NCBI GenBank assembly: GCA_964019335.1
Contig: OZ025732.1
Location: forward strand, 186,001 to 250,000
Source of the DNA: Diplonema japonicum
Taxonomy: Eukaryota > Protista > Euglenozoa: Diplonemea
Direction: 5' to 3'
DNA: 64,000 nucleotides
The position numbers and the translations under genes are program-made. Each line of letters begins with the position of its first letter. Within the stretch, counting starts at the first letter, position 1. Below, piece after piece: positions 54,560 to 64,000 of this stretch. Under the pieces are notes generated by a model. The model made no database searches. It was not told the origin of the DNA and was given only the letters and a program-made list of their open reading frames with translations.

Positions 54560-54845
54560 AACCCGTGCACAAGTGTGCACACACTACGATCCATCGGGAG
54601 GACAAAGGCGTTGATCGGATGGAACAGGAGGGCGATATTTGCATCACCGAAGACCAAGCATGTCCTAGAGGCGTTGAAAGGACAATGGGCAAGAGAAAGA
54701 AGGAAAAAGGCAGCCAGGCTGAAAGAAGGCCAGCAAGACCACCAAAGGAGGAGAAACCGCTGCTGAAAGGGGATAGGTAGAAGATTAGAACAAGGGGGCG
54801 TCTCACAAGGACTTCCTTAACTCATATTTATATAAATATTTTTTT
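54560..54845 (+). mobile_element. 3' fragment of the 12340-15390 LINE family
   Basis: VHTLRSIGRTKALIGWNRRAIFASPKTKH plus matching UTR. Confidence 0.85.
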
Positions 54846-54918
54846 TGAAAGTGTGAATCTTTGCTGCTCCTTTTTTTTTTTTTTTTTCCCCTTGTAGAAT
54901 ATTTTCTAAGGAAGTTTT

Positions 54919-54950
<32 letters not shown>

Positions 54951-55531
54951 TGAAAAAAAAAAAAAAGAAAAGAGAAAAAGGAAGAAAAAAAAAAAAAGAG
55001 AAACAATAGTAGGTTTTGTTATAAATTGTACTAGAAAAGAAAAAGAGGAAATCTATGAGAGGTCCGTTATTTCAGATTTTTCTTTAGCGCAGAGGAGGGA
55101 AGGAAATGAGCATCGGGAGGTGGCCGGCTAGACTACCGAAGAGGAAAGGCTGCTTGGTTCTTTTAACCATCTGCAACTTTGCACAAGAAACGGAAAGTTC
55201 TTTTTTTTTTTTTTTTTCAGAAAAAAAACAAGAAAAAGAAAAGAAGAAAAGAAAGAAAAAAAAAAAATGAACCCACAAAAAAGAAAGCCGAGAAAAGGAA
55301 GAAAAGTAATTTTTTTTTCTATGTCGGTATTCCTGGGGGTTCGTTTTTTTTTTTTCTTTTTCTTCTCTTCTTTCTTTTCTTTATTTTTGCTCATTTTTTT
55401 TTTATTTGCGGTGGGGAAACCGTTTTTTTTTTTTTTTTGGTAGATAAGTGGAGACAAGGGGGACGTTCCAAAACAGGAACCTCCTTTATCTCATCTCTTT
55501 TTTTTTTTTTTTTCTTGGGAAAACCAACATA

Positions 55532-56198
55532 CACGGTAACCAAATAACTTTTTTCCACGGTTCACGGTAACCTACACCTTTTTTTCCACTTTTTACTGTA
55601 ACCACCAACAATTTCCCTTATGCAACCACTAACTTTTTTTTTCCACCGTCCACAGTAACCTCCGACATTTTTTCGCCTCATTGGGGTTTGGTACGAAATG
55701 TAGCGAGGGGGGCAAAACATGATGTCATAGCAAAAAAAAAAGGAAAAAAAAGACCTTTTAAGAGAAATGGGTGACTACCCTGAAGGCTGGGACTACTCCT
55801 CTTTGCTGGCCTGCCTATCTGTGACTTCGTGACAACAGGGGGGCTTGAGGGCGAGGGGTGGAGAAGTACATCAGACGCCAGATTACCTCGGCTTTGGCTT
55901 TAAATCGTCTTTGGAAATCGCCCTTGCCAACTTCCAGGAGAAATTCTTGGTGTCTTTTTCGAGCCCTGGTTGTGCCTACACGTTTTTCCAAAGTGCACAC
56001 ACACCTCCACCGTGGACGTTGGAAAAAAAAAGTTGTGGGTTTCCGTGGACGGTGGAAAAAAAGTTCTTACTTACATGGTTTAGTGGAAATAAAAATAGGT
56101 TACCGTGGAGAGTGGAAAAAAAGTTGTGGGTTACCGTAAACAGTGGTGGAAATTCTGCTTACAGACTTGAGTGGAAAAGAAGTTATTTGGTTACCATG
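55532..56198. mobile_element. MITE with CAYGGTAACCAAATAACT TIRs, subterminal repeats, TA flanks
   Basis: TA|cacggtaaccaaataactt...aagttatttggttaccatg|TA; ~30-bp gtaacc...ttttccac repeats on both arms. Confidence 0.7.
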
Positions 56199-56849
56199 TA
56201 CGTTGTTCTTCTCTTTTTTCTTTTTTTTTTTTTTAAGGTTTCTTCTTTTGTATTTAACAGGTGCTCGGTTTCTTTTTCAAAAGACAAAAGGGAAGAGTAG
56301 CTAGACGTGCTGCTGTTGAGAGGGAGGAATCAACAAGTAGAAAAGAGCAAAACGAAAATAAAAACATGCACTCATCTTCTGATTCTTATACCGTGTGCAT
56401 GGTCAGAATGCTAAGGTCCGTCTCTTCTTTTTTGTTTGAACAAGAAAGAGTAGTACAAACAACGGCGAGTTCCTCTTTTTTTTTTTTCTTTTTTGCTTAG
56501 GACTATCCTCGACGCGGGAGGCCTTTTTGGGGGTTGTGTAGATAAGGAACAAGAAAAAGAAAAAGAATAAAAGAAAAAGAAAAAAAGATGAAAGTGTGAT
56601 TTCTTTTTTTTTTTACCCCCCCTTTTTTTTTTCCCTGAATACTTGCGGGAAATGAATCCAAAAAGAGAATACCCATGTCACAAAAGGTGCTAGAACAATA
56701 ACACAGGCCGACACGAAAGCACGAACGTCTCAACACGGTGGGGTCGGTCTGGCTAGACCAAGAGGAGGTGGAATTTAAAAAAAAAAAAAAAAAAAAAAAA
56801 TCCCCATCAGTATCTCTTTTTTTTTTTTTTTTTTTTTTCAAAAAAGAAG

Positions 56850-58099
56850 ATGTACTCCGCCTTCGCGCCCAGAGGGAACACAACAGCAGAGTACCTAGAG
56901 GAGCATGATGTGGTGGACCTCTTCGAGAACCTGTTGGTCGCGGTGCTTCGCGAGAAACCTGTGAACCCAATCTCGTGGATGGCAGGCTTCATGGAAGAAC
57001 AAGTGGGCGGGCAACGAGGGCTACGTACTCTGGACCCCAAGGAACCACCGACAGGCCTGTTTGGAGTGGCAGGGAAAACAGGGAGAAAGCGCAGCGAGGT
57101 GCTTGGCCTGGGCCTGCCAGAGTCGGAATGGGGGAACCTAGTTGACGAGTGCAGCAATTCTGAAGCGTCGTCATCCGCAAGCGGGATTGTGTTCGTCCAG
57201 CGGCATCCCATGCTTGTCACACCACGAAACGGTGGCTCGTTTGCCAACAGCAACAGTAATCACAACAGCCACAGTCTCAGCTTTACGTCAGGGTGTGTGA
57301 ATTTTTACGATTTGAAGTTGCGAGAGGTGCCCGCGCAGATATTTTCGCAGTCGAAGGTGGACATTGTGAACTTGGATCTGTCGAGCAACGACCTGACGGT
57401 ACTCCCAAATGAGATAGGTGTACTCCAGCATCTCGAGCATTTAAACGTCAGCAGTAACTACCTCACGAGCCTTCCCGCGGAGTTGGCGAACATCGCGTTC
57501 CTCCACACGTTAGCCGCTTCTGACAACAGCATCGCAAGCTTGCCGGAGGAGTTCAAGGAGATGGATCAGCTGCGGGTTCTAAACCTCGACTGGAACGACC
57601 TGTCAGTATTCCCTGCAGTGCATCATGAATTAGAGTCTCTTCGGCTAATCGAGAATCCGAATTTAACAAGTTTCCCTGATGTGTCAGTACTTCGAAAATT
57701 CTCGAATCTGTTCATAAACATAGACAACACACCGAAGCTCGCGAATCAGTGGAAGAACATGCCTGTGGGCAGTATATCCTGCACGATAGAGTGGAACTGT
57801 GTGTACCCGGACGAGATTATGCCAGGGCTGTTCTTGGGTTCTCTGCGAAGCGCGCAGCACCCACGTGTGTATACCGACCTTGGGATAACATATCTTGCTA
57901 GCATCGGGCGCGAGCTTCGGGTTGTGAAAGCGGAGGGCATGAAGCATTTGAAACTGAACGTGGACGACATCTCAGGATGCAATTTAACATCCGTGTTCAA
58001 CGAAGCCCACGAGTTCATCGAGCAGGCACTCAGCAGCGGGACTGCTGTTCTCGTGCACTGTTTCAAGGGCCAGTCGAGATCCGCCACTATCGTTATTTC
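56850..58099 (+). CDS. Exon 1 of D/D(DPY30/RIIa-like)-LRR-dual-specificity phosphatase
   Basis: YLEEHDVVDLFENLLVAVLREKPVNPISW; LDLSSNDLTVLPNEIG LRRs; HCFKGQSRSAT catalytic loop; GTATGT donor at 58100. Confidence 0.88.
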
Positions 58100-61000
58100 G
58101 TATGTTTTTTTTTTTTTTTTTTTTTGTGTTTTTTTGTGTTTCTGTACTTTATTGGTGTCCGACCGTGCCAATAAAGTCAATAGGTAATACGGTTTGTAAA
58201 GAAAGAAAATTGAAAGAAAGTTGAGAAAGCAGATCGCAGAAAAGAGAGCTAAAAGAGGGTAAAAGAAGACATTGAAGTTGACAAGAAGTGAAAAAAAAAA
58301 AAAAGAAAAAAAAAAAGGAAGCAGAGGACAGCACGAGCAGCATGGAGAGACTGCGGGCGGGGTTACGCGGGTACGGCCTGGGGCTGGAGGGAGGAGCCGG
58401 AGAGCTGTACGCGGTGGCGGGGTCGAAGGCGGGAAAGAAGGGACATGAGGTGCGGCGCCTCTGGGCGGAGCTGCGGGGCAACGACAAGGAGTACACGAAG
58501 CTCCTTGAGGAAGGCACAGACTACGACGAGTAGCGGGTTTGCGGGTTTGCGCAGACCTGGTCTGTGTGCTGTGGCTAGGGCCACGCAGATGGACATCAAC
58601 ATCGCCACCTTCTCAGGGACACCTTCATCGTCTACCCGGTGCCTGGGAAACCGAAGAAGGGACAGAAGCCGGTCCACATCGCCTTCGACGGGAAGTCCTT
58701 CTACGTCGTCATCGAGCCGAGGACACCGTCGGCACTGAAAGGGGTGACAGCTACGGACTTCACCCCCCCAAAAGTAGGGGTCCCCGTAGCGGATGGTCAG
58801 AAGAAGGCGTGGACGGTGGTCGGCAAACCACAACGGAAAGCAAGGACGACGAAGAAGGAGGAAAGGGCGTGGAAGCTAGAAAGTGGCCAGTACAACGTCC
58901 CTTTCGTAACGTGGGAGGAGTTACTAGAGGGCAAGGACGGGGTAGCGATGGCCAGTGAAAAGTGCGTGGAGGAGGCTGCAGGTCAGGAGTGGACGGGGAA
59001 CAAAGCCTTATTGCTGAAGAAGGACGGTGAAGGAAGACACAAGCACGACATCGTTCTGCAAGATGGGAAGGCATACTCCAACAGACGGATGTTCGTGCTA
59101 TTACTATCCGGAAAAATAGAACGCGTCACAAGGGAGGACACACGGGACGTAAAGTTAGGGGAGCACTACAGCAGGGCGGCGGTAATCATACCGAAGGCAT
59201 ATGTACCTTCTTCACTGTGGGAGACGGCGGCGACCGCCAAGGAAGTGGCTGACAGAAGTCCTCAAGTTCGAGTCTATAATAGCAGTGTCCAAGGTGTCGA
59301 GCGGCCCGAACCCCCACGTAGACGCACTGGTGACGTTGCCGAAGGTCGAGCTCGCCAACATGGTAAAGGGGTCCGGAAGCAAAGGGGTCTTCATCAAACC
59401 AAGGGATGGCAAGCCGCAACCAGTTGCATGGCTGCCGAAAGAGACCACGCTGGAACAGGCGCTGAGCTTCGGCGAGGGACACGGCCTGGCCCTGAGGGAC
59501 CGACGGGAGACTAGGTGTCAGAACCACAGAAGAAGGGAAGATTCCACTGCTTAGCCGAATACTCGGAGAGGAGACGAGGAAGAGCGGGCAACACGGGGAG
59601 CCGATGTGGAGACTCTCGGGGCTCTACCGGGGAAGTGCAGGTGCGACACATCCTGCGAGCCATAGGATGGAATGGCGTGCCTGTGCGCGGCAGCTGGGCG
59701 GGCAGCACGAAGTGCTGGCTGATACGAGGACCGCAACCGCCGACGACATCCCTCCGTATTACGGGACCGCAGGGGGACGTTCTGCATTGCAGGATTGCTC
59801 AGGATGAGGGACCACCACCGAACGGTAAGCCGAGGACAACCCAGGTGTGGGGCAGGGCGGCGACACCGGGAAAGTCGTTCCTGAACGCTCTCAAGAATGG
59901 CCCGACACAGGGGGGACCACGGCCCAGCACAAGCGACCCCGCCCGACACGGAAAGCAATCGGACTCAAAGCAGACAGGACCACGCCCCAGCACAGGTGGT
60001 GCCTCGACTGAGAGAGCGCAGAAGACAAAGACAGCGGAGAACAAACAACAAGCCTCTGCAGTGGAAGACAGGCAGTTCCCCGATCTGTTTGGACATCATG
60101 TCCATTTGCGCCGCCATTTTCTGGACTTCCCTCTCCAGTCGGGCGTTTTCCTGCCTTAGCCTCTCTACCTCCGCTGTAGGTTTGACCTCCGGTGTCGGTC
60201 CTCCCGCGATCTTTTTAAGGGCGCGCTTGATGGCGGTGAGCCTGAGAGCGGGCCGGCTCCCCTTGGACAGACCTTCGCACAGAAAATAGCCCAAGGAAAG
60301 GAACAATCTTTTGACTTTACGGACGATGACGACGACTTGGGACCCCCACCAACAGAAGAAGACGAGGAAATGGAACGAGAACCAGAGGGAGAGGACGAGG
60401 ATGAAGATTGCGATTGGAGAATCTGCAAGACTGGGAGCTCACACGTTTTCAACAATGTGTTCCATCACTGGGACGCGGGATGCAGTGTTTGTGGGGAGGC
60501 CCTCACGAAGAAGAGACAAGGTGTAAAGTGCCTCCAGCAGGATTGTATGGTGTGTGTTTGCCGAGCGTGCGCGAAGTGACATGAAGTGAACGATGACCCC
60601 CACTCACGCGCCAATCCCCTCCCCTCATCATCATCAAAATCGATATCATCAGTAACACCATCATCATCATCAACATCACTTGAACCATCGAAATATGACC
60701 CTAAAGGGTTAGCCGAAAAGAAATTCGAGCGACTGGTCGTGGATGGGATAGAGCCAAACCCGGGACCCATCGTGCCCCGCCCGCCAACGGGGAATAGCTT
60801 CACGTTCCCTAACACATAATGGATCGTCATTGAACAACCGTCTCGGAGAGTACGCGGGTGTCCTCCCGGATGTGTTCTGCATGCAGGAGACGGCACTCAC
60901 GGCGCAAACGCAGTTGGAAATAGAACGAGTACTGAGAGGACGAGTGGGGGAAGCAGTACGAAAGGCTGTGGAGCAAACCGCAACCGGGGAGGAGGTCCAA

Positions 61001-62631
61001 GGGAGTCACCTCGCTGACCATAGCAGAACGAGGAGGGCTGGGAACACTGGTGAAGAAGCCGAGGACAGCAGTTCGATGTGAAACGAGCGGACCGCACAAA
61101 GATCGGTGGACGCACGTCAAGGTGTCGCTAGACGCTGACAAACACTGGCTCCACATAGTGAACGTCTACTGCCACTCCGGCCAGGACCCCATCAAGAAGG
61201 GAAAGCGAGAGGAACTCCTGAACTACATACTGCACCGCCTGAGGTTTGAGCTTGGGAACGTGCCAGTGGCGGTGGTGGGGGATTTCAACACCGATGAACA
61301 CCGATCCCCAGTACTGAAGAAAGCCCTGCAGACGGATTGGATTGACGCCGCGGACTTCTGTGCGAGGCGGGAAGGGACACCACTGGAGGACACCTTCGTG
61401 AAGACCAACTGTGGGACAAGGATTGACAGGATCTTGTTGAACACGGTGGCAGCGCAGGGCCTCAGACACTGTAGGGTGGACGGCTCAATCCTGGGCTCAG
61501 ATCACCGCTGCTTGCAGTGACCCTCGACGTCCCGGCCTTCCACCAGGAAGTCCTGAGATATGTGATGCCGCAGGAGATCCCAAAGACAAAGAAGGCGCCT
61601 GCCGCGGTGGCGGCAAACCTGGTGCAGGAGTCGAGATACAAGGAGTACATCGCAGCAAAGAAGCCGACAGAAGCGCTGACTGAAATCTCGAACATGGCGG
61701 AGACATACCTCTTACATGGGTACGAAGGACCATCACGAGGATCGTACACAGGGAGGGGAAACGTGCGGAGGCCAATACCCATGGAACTAAGCGCGAGGTC
61801 GACGGGGGCGGCAGTCGGGGCTGCCCCCAACAGGCCGATACGGCTCGAAAAGCTCAAGAAGAAGATACGAGCAGGACGAGACAGGATATCGCGACTGCAG
61901 GAGGAAGGAGGCTGCGGAGTGATGTCGACAGAGACCCGTAACTTGTTGAGGAACATCTCAAGCTAGGAGGAGAGCTGGGGATAGAACACTGCCGTGTGGA
62001 CGGCGCAGAGGGCGTAGACGTGATCCAGGAGGACCTAGAAGTGGCTGAATGCTTCACCGAGGGAGAGCTTGCTGACCTGATAACGAGCAGGAAAAGAGCA
62101 CAAACGCGTGCCTACGAACGTTCGATCCGTACAAACTTCGCTAAGGAGAGAAGGCACGTGACGGCCTGGATGAATAACAGCACCAAGCAAGGGACACAGA
62201 CAGTGGATGCAGCTGACGGAGGAGTGACGGCCAACCTGAAGAAGATGGACAAAGTGATGCGGACGGCGTGGTCGGACATCTTCTGCGCACGAACACCAGA
62301 AGACGAGCCGCAGTTCGACGAGTTCCAGAGACGGTACGGTGAGCACATCAAGAGCAACCCGATGGCACACGCCCCCATCGACGCCAAGCTGCTGAAGGAG
62401 GTGATCGGTAAGAAAGCGGACAAGGGGGCATGCGGCGTGGACGGCTACTGAGCGTGTCAAAACTACGAAAAGCTTTAAAGGCGACAATAGGAACGAGGGC
62501 TATGCTCCAGAAGGGGAGCATTAATAGATAGGAACTCACACCACAAGAGGCTGTCCTCCAGTGGGATTGTCTTTTACTATGAGTTTTTTTTTTTTTTTTT
62601 TTCCCCCCCGTGTTTCTTAATCACTTTTCAG
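58100..62631 (+). other. GT-AG intron (4532 bp)
   Basis: GTATGT...polypyrimidine-cttaat-cacttttcAG; splicing restores IVIS-YLIKK in frame. Confidence 0.82.
58290..62530 (+). mobile_element. Decayed APE-type non-LTR retrotransposon (ORF1, Cys-rich finger, 2A-like peptide, APE, start of RT region)
   Basis: PDVFCMQET, IVNVY, VVGDFN, TRIDRIL, SDH endonuclease motifs; KVMRTAWSDIF...GACGVDGY aligns with N-terminus of ORF 12400-15366. Confidence 0.82.
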
Positions 62632-62833
62632 CTACCTCATCAAGAAGTTCTGCTGGTCAGCAGGGCAGGCCCTGAGTTACGTGAAGGAGCGGTCGCCTCG
62701 TATCGACCCCAACCCCGGCTTCCGATCGCTTCTTGTGGAGTACTCAAGGAACTTCCGAAGGCAGTCTTCTACCTCTTGCCGAAGACAATCACCCTGGGGT
62801 GAAAAGAAAACCAAGAGTGTTGACATTTTTTAA
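62632..62833 (+). CDS. Exon 2 of LRR-DUSP
   Basis: YLIKKFCWSAGQALSYVKERSPRIDPNPGFRSLL completes the DUSP fold; not in the ORF track. Confidence 0.85.
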
Positions 62834-62974
62834 GATCCGGTCGACTTTATATATATTTGTTTGTTTTTTTTTTTTTCTTCTTCTTTTCTTTTAAGAACTC
62901 CGCGTTACCACGTAGAGTAAGATAAAGAAAGAAAGAGGAAAGGAGGGGAGGGGGGGGGGGGGGGGGGTAGTGTA

Positions 62975-63032
62975 TATATTTATCTTTTCTTTTCCCCTCT
63001 TTTTCTATAATATTATTTACTATACCCCCCAA
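62975..63032 (+). promoter_or_regulatory. Polypyrimidine tract and AG, candidate (trans-)splice acceptor
   Basis: tcttttcttttcccctctttttct...ccccccaAG 8 nt before ATG 63041. Confidence 0.45.
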
Positions 63033-63040
63033 GGTACGAA

Positions 63041-63793
63041 ATGTCCGTCTCTCTGCACGTGTGTCTGCCCGCTGGGCAGCGTGTAGCTGTGGAAGCGTTG
63101 GCGAGCGACCTCGTCTCATCCCTGAAGCAGCAGGTAGCGTTGGAGTCGAACCTCGTGCAGGACAGCTTCTCGCTCTTGTTCGACAGCGCAGTTCTCGACG
63201 AGGACGCACGCGTGGGCGAACTTCCTTTCGAAGACGGAAGCGAACTGGAGGTCCTCTTCGATAAGAAGCTAGCCGCAATGGCAAAGCTCAAGTCCCTCGG
63301 CTACATCGGCGACAAGTCCAGCCTAACCCATATACTTCGTGACAAGCTAGAGACCGAGACGGACGCAGGATTCCGGGATATTCTCATGGCGGTGATTGAC
63401 TCTGAGCTCTGCTTTGATGATTACGACAACCTGCTTCTCACTGCCGCCCAAGGGGGCTTTCCTTCATCGGTCGAGTTGCTCATTGATTCTACAGACGCGA
63501 ATCTTAACGCGGGCAAGAAGGCAAAGCCGATCCATCTTGCAGCCAAGCGGGGTGCGCTTGCTGTCGTTCGCCTGCTTGTTGACAGAGGGGCGTGCCCCAA
63601 CACGGTTGACAACGTGCTGCAGGTCCCCTTGCACTACGCCTCTGCCCACGGCCATATCCCTGTCGTTCAGTTCCTCTTGCAGAGCGGTGCCGATCCGTCA
63701 CGTAAGAACTCTTTCGGGAACACCCCGCTGCAGTTCTCCGAGGATTCCGGGTCTCACGAGTTGTCAACCATTCTGGAGCTCTGGGGGCAGTAA
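63041..63793 (+). CDS. Divergent Ubl-ankyrin protein
   Basis: VGELPFEDGSELEV shared with family Ubl (VGDLPFEDGSMLEV); ankyrin repeats PIHLAAKRG, PLHYASAHGH. Confidence 0.88.
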   Translation: MSVSLHVCLPAGQRVAVEALASDLVSSLKQQVALESNLVQDSFSLLFDSAVLDEDARVGELPFEDGSELEVLFDKKLAAMAKLKSLGYIGDKSSLTHILRDKLETETDAGFRDILMAVIDSELCFDDYDNLLLTAAQGGFPSSVELLIDSTDANLNAGKKAKPIHLAAKRGALAVVRLLVDRGACPNTVDNVLQVPLHYASAHGHIPVVQFLLQSGADPSRKNSFGNTPLQFSEDSGSHELSTILELWGQ

Positions 63794-64000
63794 GATAAAT
63801 ATATGGGGGAAGGAGGTTTTAAGAATAACGGGTTCGCTAGCTTTCACTTTATTCAGTCCTGGGTGAAGTGAAAGTAGTAAGCGGCACAAAGCAAAAGCTG
63901 AAAAAGAAGGAAAATAGCGGTTTTAAAACTAAAATGCTGCCCCTTTTCGGCATTTTATTTTAAGAATTAAGTGACAATGAATACTCGACTCCACCTGAAG

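Noticed and set aside
44609-56500. Many short poly-Lys/poly-Phe ORFs and antisense ORFs in the track
   Set aside because: Translations of homopolymer spacers or shadows of real ORFs

Overview
Eukaryotic protist DNA: intron-poor genes, long poly(A)/poly(T) spacers, polypyrimidine-AG acceptors, LRR-dual-specificity phosphatase and ingi/L1Tc-like LINE debris suggest a euglenozoan such as a diplonemid (inference). The first ~51 kb is a rapidly shuffling accessory locus: an expanded family of ubiquitin-like (Ubl)-ankyrin and Ubl-LRR genes and pseudogenes interleaved with retroelements. The centrepiece is a Penelope-like element (PLE) with N-terminal GIY-YIG endonuclease (Chlamys/Naiad-type domain order), present as one near-complete copy (21583-28782) plus ~14 copies of its 3' end, and fragments of a second related family. 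Unusual properties read directly from the sequence: (i) the polyprotein continues past the RT into a Josephin-like Cys-His-Asp protease domain, a SUMO-interacting-like motif and a degenerate second protease-like repeat; (ii) two RNA structures in the 3' region are conserved with compensatory base changes between the two families and are not hammerheads; (iii) the element ends in polypyrimidine-CTAAC-TTTCAG, a ready-made splice acceptor, and one insertion in a channel gene could be removed exactly as a GT-AG intron; (iv) all 14 3' junctions have CC at +4/+5. The last ~20 kb holds more ordinary genes: two DEG/ENaC-like channel paralogs, a SAM-domain sulfotransferase, a D/D-LRR-DUSP whose 4.5-kb intron contains a decayed APE LINE with a 2A-like peptide, and a divergent Ubl-ankyrin gene. 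All domain calls are by eye; homopolymer frameshifts may be sequencing errors.
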